Assembly: GCA_965203295.1 (NCBI GenBank)
Contig: CBDBCZ010000013.1
Location: forward strand, 448,001 to 512,000
Direction: 5' to 3'
Length of the DNA stretch: 64,000 nucleotides
Source: Nitrospirales bacterium
GTDB lineage: Bacteria > Nitrospirota > Nitrospiria > Nitrospirales > UBA8639
Positions 1-15,400 of the stretch are shown here, one piece after another (position 1 is the first letter of the stretch; each line of letters opens with the position of its first letter). The notes beneath the pieces are model-generated. The model did not search any database. It saw only the letters and a program-made list of their open reading frames with translations, and had not been told where the DNA came from. The position numbers and the translations under genes are program-made.

Positions 1-410
1 GAATTGTAGAAAATTTGGCTCTATTCTCTATCAAAAATGTGCACGGTAGGTGTGTTTCCTAACTAAGGACATGTAGTATATTTCATTTTGCACCCAGTGC
101 TTGACACTTTCAGCTTCAAAAAAAGGTGTGCTTGGTGGAATTGGCATTTACATTCAATCGTGAGGGCTTTACCACTCTGCTGTACAAACGGCTTCCACTA
201 CAGTCAAAACAGTGTGATTGCTCAAAATTTTGATGTTGAAGTCTTGTATATGAAGTGTTAATGCTTCACTGTAATAGAACCGTTATATTAGCATAAGTAT
301 AAAAGGATTTTCCCCAACTTTTGTCGTTCAATGGTATACGGCTGGAAATAAGGATGCAGCAATTGATATTAGTACTTTAGTGACTACTTAAAAGAAATAT
401 TCAAACTCAC

Positions 411-3400
411 ATTCTGTACTTTCTTGGGATTTTTTGGATCAAAGAACGCTGCCACTTGCTGAATGAGAACTTGAATAACTGCTTGTTTTTCAATACAACA
501 AAGTACATATTCAGCTCTTGTATACTTAGATACCTCTTGCAGGGGCTGTAAGGAATGATTAATACATTTACTAGTCTCCTGGAGTAGGTACTGTTAAAGT
601 GTAAGAAAATAGATAAAGTGTTCAAACATCTGAATCCAAGGAGAGCTACGTATATGGACATTCAATTAAACAGAAAGGATGAATTCAAGGTAATCTAGTA
701 ATAATATTATGTTTGCTGTTTACAAGTCACTCAGTTCACAGTTGTACAGCTCATTTCATGCAATTAAGCGGAAATATCAATGCTGTATGTTCTAGCTAGT
801 CCTACCTACGTATGTGAATACACTTGCCTTGGTAACCTTTTCTGCAAGTCTACATAGGTGAGTAGGAAGGTGTCCTTTCATCTGTAGATGCTCTAATACT
901 GTCAAGAAGTAGATATGAGCTAACGGCTGCCGCATTAGGGAATTCTGTGGAAGAAAGTTACTGAAGATTGATATACAGAGAAATGCATCATTACAGGTCT
1001 CCTGCCTTACTCTTTCTCCGTGCTGGTAAAACGTGGGAATGTATGTGCCAGGAGAAGAATGATCTAGATTTGCAATGAGCATATCACCCACAATTTTACG
1101 TCTCTGAAATGAAAATAAAATAGTCTGAGATAGCTGCTAGCCTTCTGTTTGTTCTGAAACACATAAAGAATTCAAACTGACCTGGGGGTCGTGAAGTGAG
1201 AGCTCTGATGGTCTCTGTACGTATCAAGACAAACATCTGCTGTAAGCACACAAGGGTGAGATTACAATAATTTATTCTCAATTACCTGTGGGCTTGATTC
1301 TCCCAGAATTCTTGATAGATAGAACTTGAATACATTTATGGATGTACAGTTGAACAGAGGACTGGACTGGTCCTGGCACTGGTCAGAAACATGGCAAGCA
1401 GGGACTTGGCAAAAACGGTTGGCAAATTCTAGAAAGTAATAACAATCTTCCTCAGCTAGTGCAACCCGGTGTTTTGAGAAGAAGAATGCAAATAATCCCT
1501 CAATAAAGGATTGCCGACAATAGCTTTCACTCTCTTGCTCTGGTGAAAGAGTATCCAATGTTGCCAAGCCGGTACGCAATATTTCACATAATCTTGGAAC
1601 AGCTGCTTTACCCTACAGCAATAATATTAAAAGCAGTACTTTTTAGTAGCCAATCATACATTATAGTACGGTCTTACCTTGAAGCCCACTCCAAAGTACT
1701 TTGAGTGCAGTACTCTGAAGAACTGGTAACCTTGTTGTGATAATAATCTTGAGTCTAAGCAACTTTGCATCACGAGGTAGGTGGCATGCATGATATTCAG
1801 TTTGGTTTCTGCTTCTGGTTTAAGGTTGCTTAGTATATCACCTTCCAATGATGGCATTGTCATCTGCATGATATAGAGACATCAGTAGTACTAAAAATAT
1901 AACACATAGCTTATATGATATAGGTTCTTACAATATCATTGTAGCTCCTGTGCCACTGGCAGATCGTGTCATCGTCACCTTCTTTTAGTGAAGATATGGC
2001 AGTGAACAAGATATCTACTGTGTATACTCCTAGGGTTGGAGGCCTTTTAAGGACTGATTCCATTAAAGTTATTGATGTAACCAGTGCATCTGGTGACAAG
2101 CTCTGCATTTCTTGTTGCACTCTAGAAATGGGTCTCAATATTCTAGAGAGGTTCCCAAGATCCAACTGACCAACTTCTAGGCGAACATGGAGTGACACTA
2201 AACGAGCTAGGAAATCCTTTCCATCCATTAGCCCAAAGTAGGATTTTAGAATATCACTCGTTAGTGGAAGAACTTTTGATTCCAAGTGAAGTTTAAAATG
2301 GGCAAAGTCTTCAAAGTATCGCTTCCATATTTCTTGTGCAGTGTCATTTTTCATGGATGCAACCGCTACTTCCAGACAGGCCTTCTTATTCTGTAAAGAA
2401 GTAATGTGTATGCAATCAAATGTACGGCTCAATACAAACATATTATTTGCATGCATTAAAACTTACATGCTCAAGTGAATGTAGTCTTGACAACACAACT
2501 TCATTGTAAATTTTTTCCTTCTGCTGCTTTTCTGTCATTTGTGTCAAGCAGATGGAGGCAGTGACACTGCTTGCTTCAACTCTATATCCGGAGCTGTCCA
2601 AACTATTTAACCTCTGGCTCACTTCCTCTCTGCTTTCATCAATTACTTTTTCCACAGTATCGTATATGTAAATAAAAAAAGGAAACTTGGGACTGTAATC
2701 AACTTTATTTGGCTGATGCGTGGGTCTGAAGGTGGCACACAAGGACTGCAGTTGTGTTAAGTCTGGAACTCCAATTGTTGGCATAAGTTTTAGAAATAGA
2801 TCTTCCATAGCAGGAGGGCAATCGTGGTCAAGAATGATGCTCAGATAGAGTTGTTGGTTTGTCCTAGCAAACATGTATACTAGGTAATCAAAGAAAGTGG
2901 ATCTGACGATACTGTGAATGGAATCTGTGATGTTTAGTGTGGATTCCTGTGCAAACACCATTTTTGACACTCTTTGTATATATTCTACCATTACTTTAGG
3001 GGTCCAGTAGGAGCAAAATTTGGCTACAAGTAATTTGCTTAGTTTCTTCTCATACAAAAGTTGTTTAAGACATTGGGTTCTTTGATATGCATCCATTACA
3101 TTTGTGGTTCCATTCTGAAGAACAATAAATGACACTCTGGATGCGATTATCGGCACTGCCACTGCAAGAAGCTCTTCAAGAGCAGCAAACATGTGGTCAT
3201 CATCAGAATATTTGGGAAAGCATTGTGGAAAACAGGAGTAATAGAACCATTCCTTGACGTTTACCACAGCTTTTATTCCTTCAGTTGTGAGGGTACCACA
3301 TGCCACTGTATCAAGGTAATGATGCCCCCATCCTTGTAAGAACAGGGAAGGGTAGCAAGGGCTAAAGAACATCACTGGGGGAAAGTGTAGTAGAAGCACA

Positions 3401-6400
3401 AATAGTTTGTTTTTATTTAATTTCTTGTTCTCTGCTTCTTCAATCATAATGCGGAGATGGTTGATCATCTTTTTTGTAATCTCTTGCATGTTTGCAATCA
3501 GTAGCAGCACTTCGCAGTCAGAATTAACGAATCTGTACAGGAGTTTTTCCAGCTTGTGTCGGGAAAGTCCTAGGGAAATTTTGCACAGCATCAAGTGCTC
3601 TAGATCAGAATATACATACTTCTTCAGAGATTTATACTGTTGTGTGACTGATTTAGCAGAGAGAGCGCTGGGATACTCAGATGGAAGCTGATGAATAAAA
3701 GGAGATGAACGGGTAAAGCAGAGGAGTTTTGTTGGACACACTGAGCTGTTCCTGTAGTGAATAGAAATAAAAGTAAATTAGAAATGGTAAGCATGGGTAA
3801 CTAGAGTACATGAGTAGGTGAACTTTGTGCTGTACTTTAAGGGCATGCACGACCAGTGGTATATCTACCAACATACAGTGAGACTGGAATAGTTCATGGT
3901 ATGGAATATTAAGATACAAAGAATGCTGGAGTGCCACTGCAGCTTCAATCCCCAAAGTGAATCCAGTCATGTGTAGCTACAATAAACCACACTACACTCA
4001 TTGTAGAATGCGGCAAGTTATACTCTTTTAGCTTGATTGTTGTACTACCCAATTTATTCACAATGACTAATGCAATAATTATCATGAACTAACCAGCCAT
4101 TCCTCTTCAGCTGCACAAGTTGATTGTCCACCAGATCGATAAGACTGAAATGCTGCTGGGCCTTGAGATACTTCTGAATGTAGGCATTTGGAATACTACT
4201 ACAGTGAACCGCTAGTGCTTCAGGGGTCATCAGCTGCATCAGATGTGTGCAGAGGTAGCCCACAAGCCACTGCATCAGGACTGCAATTACCATTAGTGCA
4301 TCAGTGTAGATGTCAAAAGGTGTGTCTTTGTCAGTGGGCTCGGGACCACGGTGAAGCACAAGAAGAGCTTCATCTACCAATGCAGGTATAGTTTCCACTT
4401 TTATTTTTGCTATAACTTCCGTAAACTCTGGATCTTTCAAAACCATTTCATATACATGATTTGCATCAATTATCAGTTTCTCTTCTGAACACTATAAGGA
4501 AAGTGCAAAAGTAAGGTCGTTACAATTATTCAGAAGTACGCATTAGCTAACACGCACCAGGGGGAGGTGAAAACCACAATTCTGTTGAAGCATCTCCAGC
4601 AGAACTTTCAGTAGAAACGTTCTTGCATCAGACTGATCAACATCATCACTTAAATTGCCTCGTAGGTCCTGTAAGGGTTGATACTTATAGTTGACAGGTA
4701 GCATCGTGAGCAACAATGATTCCAGAGTTTCATTCGTATATCCATACAGTGAGGATGGCTTCACACAGGATACAAATTCAGCAGCCTGCATAGAAAAATT
4801 ACCACATTATGTTTTCACAAACAGTTAAAAGAAAGAGGGACTGACCTTGCTATATGCTGCTTCTATCATTATTCTGAGGCAAGGGGGCATTTTGCAGAGA
4901 GCATTTTGTAACAAACTCTTGTGTGTAAGGCAATATTTCTCAAAGCGATTGAGAAAAGGGGCAGGAGTGTTCTGGACTTCTGATTCCTTAATAACAATCA
5001 CACACTGAAAGTCAGGGTGTACTCGGCATGGCTTGGAATGAGCACCAATTGCAATGTTTGTGTAGTAGCAAGTGCCACGTTCTGGGTCTTCAATGCTACG
5101 AAATCTCTGATTGAAGAGGTCATAAAAGCATTCATGTATTTCATCAGTTTGGCACATCAAAATAGTGTGACCTGCTGCAACTGAGTGCCTGATCTGGGCA
5201 ATGGTATTAACCTGTAATAAATCAAATCACAAAAGTAGATTAATAATTTAAACAACACTTTTTTGAAAATGCAATATCTTACTTACCCTTAACTGTTCAT
5301 CTCCAGGAAAATCACTGCAAATGTACAGCCGTGTACTTTTCCTTTGAAAGACTTCATGTGTAAACAAAAGCCGCACCAGAGAATCGTCTTCACTTGGGTC
5401 AATAATGAGCTTGTATCGGACTTCACTCTGAATACTGTTGTGAATATCACCTCCTCTTGTGCTGCTATGATCCGCCAGACTGTCCTTGAGAATGTCAAGG
5501 ACACTCCTAGCATGGAGTTTCTCGATAGGTATCTAAAGAAATATTGAATACCACACAAATTTACATAATGTATCATTTATACTATAGAAGTAAAAACAAA
5601 ACTGTACCTTAAAAATGTGACACAACTCTTTGAATTCATTTGTTCCATTGAAGTTTCTTTCCAGAGCTTCAAGCACAAGCTGGTGACTCAAGAGCTCCTT
5701 CCGTTTGCAACGCAAATATGTCACAAAGTGAATAAAATCTCGTAAACCAAAAAGGCTTTGGAACCTGTTGTCACTCACTACAGTTTTATAGGAAAGACAA
5801 AAACTACGAACTTGTTCAGTATGAAGTTCTGACTGTGGTTGCCCAGCTGGAACTATGTTCTCTCTTGCAAGCTCACGAAGCTCTTCCTCTCTAGCCTTTG
5901 GTCTAAAGAGACTGACTGCTCGGTTAGTCTTAGCGGCATCAAGGACGTGATTGCTAATGGCTACAAAAGAAACCTCTTGTTTGTCCAGGTAATAGTGCAA
6001 AACTTTAAGAGATTCAAGTTTTTCCTCTGGTAGGCCAGCTTCATCCATGAATACCACACAGGATATTGGTAGCGGAATCTTTGCAAGACTTTGTTGCCGA
6101 TTGATTGCTCTTATGAAAACTTTGGCTACTTCTTTTGAAGTAGTTTGCCTGGAACATTGATAAAAATGAGGGTCAAGCGACTGAAAAATATCAGTATCTC
6201 GAAACACTGCATTCCTGGATTCTTTTCCTTTGAGATTGGCAATTGCAATGTTAAATGAAAGGGTCTTTGAGGAACCAGGATCCCCCACAATAATAAGAGG
6301 GGTATGGGTTACTGCACATGCAATAGTAACGAAAACATTTTCCTTAAGAGCTTCAGTTTTTACTATGTTGGGAGGAAGTTCAACTTGTTCAATAAACCAT

Positions 6401-9400
6401 TGCAGTTCATCTTCAATCGCCTGAGAAAAGGTGATTTCCCCAGATAAGTGATCAAAAAAGTCTAGATATTGCCGATATTCCTTTCGGTATTTTGAATTAA
6501 GCCGCATGTAGTATACTATGCCAAGAGATACCATCATTGCACGACGATGGTACTTCTCTCGTTGTTCTTTATGGGGATCAAATTTGGAATAAAACTTCAT
6601 CAGCCATTGATAAAAGGTAAAAACCCTTTGAATGTCTCTCTGACTAACTGAACTCCTTGCACATAGCTTTGCCACTCGTAATTTTACAGTTTGTAACGCT
6701 TGAAGCTGCTCAAAAGCATACTCACGCATTTTCTGTTGACTGCGAACTATAAGATCAGTCAAACTTGCTTCTTCTGAAGATTTACTTCGGTTGAGTATTT
6801 CAAGCTTTGCATTTACATACTCCTGTTCCTGGTACTTATTCAAGGATCCATAGTCCCACATGAGAAATTGGAGGGTAGGGTGGAGTTTTCTGACGTAATA
6901 AGTTCCTTTCAGCCAGGCCTCCTGATCCTCAATGGCTGCAAGAATATCACCTCGGTGTGGATTACAAGAGGCTATGATGAATACATTCTCGGGAATTCGC
7001 TGCAGATAAAAGTAAACATATTACATTATCGGCTATACAATATTATTATGATAATTACATACCTTTCCATCAAATGTTTTGTCGACGATAACTTCTTTTA
7101 ACAGGCCCAAACATGATGCTGTATTGATTTCATCCAAGTATGCCTGTACGAGATATCACATTACATCACTTTTGAAGGGAAGAGTGCAACTGTCTACAAT
7201 TATATTGTGTTCTACACAGCTACGTAGCTTTGTGTGCCCAGTAAATGATCTAATGTTCATCTACCATCAATTAGTTATAAATTTGTCCAAGCTGTGATTC
7301 AGTAACCAAAATTAGTACATTTTGCCCTCCTTTATTCATATTTCCTTTTAGCTGCCATATTTAAACTTGGGAGTATGGCATTAGATCATTATATTACTTA
7401 CTGTAACAAATGGAACTCTGTAGCTTGGCTTCTTGGATTCATCACAGGCATCATATGATTGCTGAAGCTCTTGAGCTTGTGCAAATACACCTGAAAAAAA
7501 TTTCTCTATATCCTTTGGCTGTATTGCTAGGGTGGTAAATGAGAAAGTACTTCAATACTGAAAGATAATGATTCATTATTAATCAATGTTATACACCTGC
7601 ATGGATGTTGAGTTTGTGGAAGGCAGTCTTCATCTTGGCGTTAAAAAGGATATTCAATAGACGTGCCGTGGACTGAAGTAGGAGAGAGTACGCAATGCAA
7701 TTCTTTTTATTACTTTGAATTGGGCACTAGAATCTTGGGCTCTATAACTCCCCATGGACCAAAGACCAGAGAACCCCATACAGTGATTGTGCTCAAGAAA
7801 GTTTGGATTTATTCATGCAGTGATGCATTGACTAAAAGCAGAGTGTTTAAAAAAGTGATGACCTAATAGTATAACAGACATAACAGCGTCAACTACTTAT
7901 CAGTAACATAGGCATTCCGAGTGAGCTATTACTCAGAGATGCTATTATACAGCCTGAACATCATTTGATGACTTAGATTCTATGGACTTCAGAATGTATA
8001 GCCAAGGTATGTACCCTAAATAGAAGGCTATCAGATCCATGAAGCACCACACTGTCACACAACATTCCTACCCTCATTGTTATGCATACAGTGCGGTATG
8101 GGCTGAGGCCATAAACGTTTCAGTATTTGTATTATAGCTAGTCCTTTGTATAGGGTCCTGGGTCCACCATTGATGCTATCCCCAATGCAATAAGAAGCTC
8201 AGATATGATTAGTAACAAAGTAGCAAAACAAGTAGTTAGAAGCTGCCTAGTTTATGTAGGATAGCAGTTGTACCTTGGATGAACAACTTTCTTCAGTAAT
8301 AGCATTGAAAGCCTCAGCAAGGGTCACACTTTCAATATCCAGCATGGAGAGAATGGGGTCTCCGTTCAATGTTTTTAAGTGACTATTGAGGACTGTATAG
8401 TAATATGGGATGTCACTAGAACTCGGGAGCTGTCCTATAGTATCCAGCACATCCTCTGGGACATTGTTTCCTGCACTTAAGTTATACACTGCCTCCACGC
8501 ACACTGCACGCATGGATTCATCAACAGTGTCCATGGACGAATCTATATCGATAAATAAAATAAGTTATACTCAAAAAGTACAGAACAATTATAAGTATAG
8601 TATACCTCTTGTTTTCATTTTCATTAACTCCACGATGTGACTTTTGATTCGATCCCACTGTGACAGCCAAGAGTGATTCCAGAGTTGAGAAAGCATTCCC
8701 ACAAGAGCTGTTTTTCCGACTCCCGTCTCTCCCTCAATAATTACCGGTATTCCACATTCATATCTCTCATGGATATTCAGCATCTTCAGTGTGTAATCAA
8801 GGGTAAGTACGTACTGTCTTTCATCAATTGGAGAAAGTCGACCGTACTGGAGAGGAACATTGAGGGCTCTAGATAAGTATGTATCCAACCGTGCTCTGGA
8901 ATACAGATCCCTGCCAAAATGGAAAGAAAAATGTGTATATTATGAGCACACTGTATAGAATGGCCAATTGTGACTGCTTGCCTCATTGAAGAAATTTGCA
9001 CTCCAATTTTGCTGAATTTAACTTTATCTTGTTTCGATAGCTCATCAGGTAACAATGATATCAAATCAAGACTGCCACCACCATCCTTGAAATCATAAAT
9101 CAGCTGTATAGGATGCAGCAACATGATATTATAAATTAGTGGAGATAGTACCCAAGTATGTGGGATAAAGTTAAAAAACATACTGAAAAAGGGCATAGCT
9201 GTACATAAACTACACTGCCAAGTGTAAAGGAAAGGGGGAGCACATTTAATTAAAGTAAAATAAAAGGTATATATGAAGCAATGTGAAAGGCACAGAAAAC
9301 TTATATCAGTACAATCCTTGTGTAACAAAAAAAAAGAAGTATTGTCTACTTTCAGTTTTTGTGAGGGAATGTGGTAGTATAGCATATGTACTGGTTCCAG

Positions 9401-12400
9401 GTTAGTCACTATTCTCATGACAGGCTGGCTCACGAATTTACCAAAATTAATATCATCACACCCATGTCATAATTTCATTACATCAACATCTCTGCTCACC
9501 CACAATACTTACACCCACACATGGCAGTGTGGTCACTTCTCAATACACCTGCCAAGTGTAAATATAAGTCTGGAAAGGGGGCATAAATGCACTCCTAAAT
9601 GTAAAGATTTTTCTGGGAAAATTTTTTCTAACCTCTCTTAGCGATTGCTCATTCGTTCGCAAAGCATTATACTTATCTGATTGAAAATCTTTGTAACTAC
9701 TTTGGCCGGCAAATAAATATATATTATTACACGAGTGAGAGGGTAATACGGCCAGGTATTACACGAGTGTGTAGGTATTTTTCCCGAGCCGAAGGCGAGG
9801 GAAAATACTACACAAGAGTGCAATACCTGGCCGTATTACTCCGGACAGTTAAGGATGTCCTAGGCCCTATCTCTGTATTTCTGCATACGCAGCATGCTAA
9901 CTAAATTATCTCATGTGTGTATGTAAACAAGCGCTACACTAGAAAGGATGTTGGTTAGCGGTTTGCGTGGCTTCAGTCAGTCAGCTATTGTGCAGGCGAA
10001 GTTTCGGCGGTTGAATTTCCCGCACATTTTGGCTGGAAGTCTACCGATTGGACAAAGTGCACGTGGTCAACTGTTAATTAGATTTAGCTGGCTGGCAGTC
10101 AACGAAAGCTGGTGAGTGAAGTTTGTTGGCATTTGCGGAAAGTAAAACGGTCTTTGCGGGCCTTGATTCCTCGTCTCCGTGTTGGCAATGACCCTCACTA
10201 TAGGGCCGCGGGTGGAAAAATGGGCTGCTATCGACACGGACCCGGAGGTAGGCTACACAAAGCTTAGATGGCTGCTAGTTGCCGTCCTTAACCGTTCATT
10301 TTCTGTTGCTACTGCCGTAATATAGCTAGCAGTACATTTTTCCAGTCGGAATAGGATAGCCTGCTTAACGAAGAATACCTGACGCGAATATGAAGCTCAT
10401 CAAACATCTCTTTACTTTCCGCCTCTCGCGAAATGTACGTTAAGGACATGCAATGTGTTTGCCATGTTTACGGTGGGAGGAGTCGTTGCCATGGTAACTT
10501 TGTACTTGCGGTTAATGTTGTCAACATAGTGCTTCACATTAATGACATCAACAAAAGCCAAAACCCTTCCATTAATGCAGTACAGTGTTCTAAATGCCAT
10601 TGCTTGATCCAACGTTCAATGTAGAAACAAAACTTGGGACATCCTTAACTGGCCTGAGTATACCCTCTCACGAGTGTAATGATAGATTTATTATATACTA
10701 TCTCTAAGCAGTGTTGCTAGGTTGACAAATTCACCGCCAAACAAAGCCACGCCTACCGAGTGACATAAAGGACGATTGGATACACAGCAGCAACGTATAG
10801 CCTAGCGTAAACTTAGTAGCTCTCTTACAAACAGCGAAAGAGAAAAAGGCTTACAATTGTAGGCTGGATTTACCTTGGAGAGCTACTTGACAGAATAAAA
10901 ATCGGCTGGCGGGACGAGTGGGAGGGGTCACTGCATTATCGGTCACTGAGCGACACTATGACCTAGCCTTTCACTTCTTTCTTACTTAGACGGCTCCTCT
11001 ACGACAGAAGCATTCCTTTCGCCAGCTTTTTGTAGCCGGATAGCTTCCATTGCTTCAATAAACTATAACTTCACTGTAAATTTTTATTGTAGACTAAACG
11101 TGCACGCGCTCTGCCCACGCAAAAGGCAATAACGGGTAGGCAATACGGGGGAATATTACCTGCCCGGTCTATAGGAAAATACTGCTAGTACTCTTTGCAG
11201 TATATAATAATACTATTTATTAAGGACACGGTTGATAGTCATTACATTAGCTATACTCTGCACTTACACCTGCGTAGGTGTTTGCCTGCCATACTTTGCA
11301 CTGGCGTAGTCGTCCCATGATATACAAGAACCCCATATACAGATCTTTACCCCGCGCCGTGTATGCGTGAGAGGGGTTAAGCAATCGGTTTTGTTTGTCT
11401 GTCATCGTTGTTGTTGTCGTCTGTAATAAAAATTTCTGAAAAATCTTCCAAATGGGCGATTTAGAGGCTATAACAATCGCAAAGCAGGAGGTGACATTTG
11501 AAAGCCCCAGAATATCGATGTGTGTGTACCAAATAGTGATCAAAACAATTCTTGTCTTCGTATGTCCAGCCCTTTCTTATTCAACATCGGTAAGGTCCGC
11601 CATTTTAATACGGTCAAGAATCAAATACGACAGAAGCCGGGAATATGCGGTCTCTTAACACGTGTCCATACTGAAGTATACGTAGAGAAGCACCCGTCTC
11701 ATTGCTATGGCAATCAACTATGCTTACAGCTTGTATACGACGTTACACAAGCACAGTATACGAGTGTACATGCTGTTTCCAGTCTGCAGCATCTAGGAGC
11801 GTGGGGTATGTCTCTAGATCAGCTAGAAGCTTCTAGTTTCAAAAGCATCTGAAAAGGATGGAATATACCAGCAAACACAAACAAGGCTACACTTACTTGT
11901 TGGTGAGGTCTTTGTGACCAGCCTTCCTTGATGGCAGGATCACAGAAGTCAGATACTTCTTTCAACATTGTCTCCATCAAGGTAGAGCCCAAATGTCTGG
12001 TGTCTGTTATACGTCGTCCTTTAACATACTCTCCACACCCAGTGTTGTAATTGAAAGCAGGCAAATTGTCTAGAAACTTGCATCTCCTTTTCATGTATCT
12101 ACACAAACGCATATCAGAGTACACAGACACATGCAGACATATCAAGCTGAATCAAGCCCTACTTACCTCACAAAGAGTTTCTGGGTAATTTTCTCATTCT
12201 TGATGTGAGTGGGCATGTATTTTTGTAGAAGTGATTTGCATTCTTCAGGTGGAAGCAGTGGTTGCTCGCTAAACTTTACACATGGTCCACCTGTAAAATA
12301 TTATAGTGCAAGTAGAAAGTGGCGATTTTAAAGCACTAATTGAAGTGACACTGCTTACGTTCTCTGTAAAGTGTATCAATCTTCTTCGTATCATAAGCTT

Positions 12401-15400
12401 TCAAATACTTGCAAACAAGCTGGACATCATCATCAATGCTGTAATCTCTGTTGGTGTCAATCAGATGTGGAGTACCAAGGAGTCCCAATGTGGGTATTTC
12501 ATTTTTGAAGTGCTCAAGAGCATCTTCTGCTGACATGTCAGCTCTGGAAGGAACCTGAGGAAATAAAATATGTCAATCACACATAAAAATATCATAGAAT
12601 ACATAACCAAATATGTGGCTGTCCCATGTAGAAAGTTATTATCATTCAATTCATATTTCAAACAAATCAAAGACCTGTCTCTGTGAACTACTGCACAGGG
12701 TGTAGTTCAAACTAAATAGTAACAGCTATCAATGTAACTACACATTGTGTATGAAGCACGCCTTTGATGGAGGTTCAGTGTCAAAAAAGTGCTGTGATGT
12801 CATTGAATACTTGACGTTTTATTATCCCATTTCTACATAATTATAGCACTGCCACACATTCTACTCAAAGGAATAGTACCAACTGTCCTGTCTTACCTCA
12901 ACATACATTTCCCAAGATAAATCACCAGGAACCTGGAAAGACTTTCCAGTGGCAGGATCCTCTATGTACCCCAAAATTAACAGATCAAAGAAAAACCAGC
13001 CAATGTCTTGCATCAAACTGCAGTAATGTGCTTTCTCCTTTTCATTTGCAGATTCCTGTAAAAATTCAAGATAGCACTTAAACGCTTGTGATGCTGTAGT
13101 TACTGTCCTGAGTGTTACAATACTACATCACATTCAAGCAGATAGCTGTATTCATACTATGGAGTTTTTTTTTTTCTATAACAATTTTTGTATATATGCA
13201 TATGTATATACAAGGGAAACAAAAATAGCAATGTGCTAATAAATATGTGCCCGAAGGCTACGTGTAAAAAATAAATCAGTAACACTTGTAGTAACAGAGG
13301 AGGGTAAGGTGTTCCAATAACGATTAGTACGAGGCACAAATAAATTAAAATTTATACATGCAGATGCTCTTACCACTGGCGGAAGCATAGTAAAGTTGAA
13401 GAATATGGCACATCCTGTTGCATTCAGTGGAAGAGTGCACAGCTTTTCAATAGCACTGATACAACTGAATGCTTCATTGACTGCAATTGTAATTTGGCCG
13501 CTTGTGAAAATAGACTTCAATTTCTCAGAAATGTAGTGTGTTTTTCCATTCCCTAGGCAGGGGATACAGCTAATCACAGTTGCTTTGCAGTTGCAAATGA
13601 AATATTCTAAGAGATAGTACAATTTTTATGAACTGCGTTAACTACTACTATTTATAACCAACACCATGTTTTCTTAAATCATTACCACAGAGTGAGTGGG
13701 TAGCTGACCACACTGCCACGTATAAATACAGAGAACTTCTCGCATCCAAACATATATCTTGCCCACATTTGTGCTTGGCAAGCACAAATGTGGGCAAGAT
13801 ATATGTTTGGATGTAATCATGACATCAATGTGGCTTAACTATAATTGCCGGATCAGATTTGTGGTGCCAAAGATGCAAATGATACTTGTTGAGCTGGCCT
13901 GGCTAGTATACTGTGTCATGTATCAGAGATGGGACAGTGGCTCCCATTGGGTGGATGCATGGAAAGATAAAATGACTTGATCCAATGCATACTCAATTAT
14001 GCAGCCTGATAGCTATCTTACACACACAGTAAAAGTGTCAAATTGTAGCAATCCAATAATGTGATTGTCTTCTCTGAGCCTACTAAATTTGGCCATTTCT
14101 CCGGCTATTATAAGCATGTTTAAACTACTCACACTCAATCCAGACACACGATATGATAATTACAGATTAAGTCCAACTTTTCTGTTTAGGGGCAACACTT
14201 CATGCAGCTAATTATTCAGAGATTCTCGTGGTGGGGCCAGGGCTAGTAGAATTCATGATAGCGAAGTTTTCGTTTCAATTCCAACCTAAACTACAGCAGA
14301 AAAGATCATCAATAGTTGCCGACATTGTCAACTACAATCTTGTAGTTGTCTAGGCCTTAAAGCAATCCACAACATTGTAGTCAAAACGTTGACAAATACT
14401 GATTATCTTCTTTGCTGCAATTCGGGTTGAAATTGAAGAAACTTTGCTATTATGACTTTATGTAGATACTTGCTAAAATGGTGAACACATAAAATTTATA
14501 CTGGACTGTCCCAAGAACAGAGAACGGCATTCAGGTTTAGTCTTGCTGTGCACAGAATCCCAGGTATTACTCTAGTCTGAAATAACAAGCCCTGGAGAAA
14601 GCCAATTACTTGAAAAAGAAATTGCAATTTTTGCTGATACAGACGAGGGACGGAAAGCATAACACACCCATATAATAGATTCAGTCGATGACATTGATTT
14701 TGCAGCTGCTGTTCAGTTGAATGTAGCTATCAATAATAATATTCATTAACTTGCAGGCTTCATTTGGAACTGCAATTAATAGAGTGTTGATATGATGAAA
14801 TAGTCTTACTAACTTTAATCATCATCACATTTTATAAATCATTGATATGGTTTATAGTAATGATAATTTGATCATTCGTGCAATTAATGGTGGTTATAGA
14901 AATTCTACCCACGGTTTACTATTGTGTTGTACTCAATCACCAATGGTGCCTCATATGCTAAAGGCAAAAATTGGCAGCAACTATAGCAGGAGCTACCTTA
15001 TTTGGTAGTAACAATGAATGCTTTAATATCCAGACTTAGAACCTTAACTTTTACACAATATTAACATAATAAACTGTGGTTTACCTGGAAGGCCATACAC
15101 GAGTTGTATAGACTTGAACTTAGTATTTCCTTTCACTGCTGCTTTTGTGTAGACAACTTCAGTTGATCCCTCCTCCTGCAATTAAAAGATGTTTCAAGTC
15201 AATCCTTTATTATATTAGGTCATAACAACTGCAATCAGATTTTGAGATCTGCAGAACCAGAACCAAATGATGTGAAGATAGACAGCTAAACCTACAATAT
15301 AACCATTCATCTGGGCTACCCAGTACAAGTGGATCTAATTTGAGTCTGCTAACAGATTCATTTATTTTAGTGCCTAATCAAGAAAATTATTGTACATGCA

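Noticed and set aside
1096..1290. Apparent phase break in the RNF213-like chain
   Set aside because: A 33-nt phase 0-0 exon (1182-1214, RPSELSLHDPQ) or direct skipping keeps the frame
411..2390. RING or RZ zinc finger of RNF213
   Set aside because: No convincing ligand pattern in these exons; the gene continues outside the window, so absence cannot be claimed
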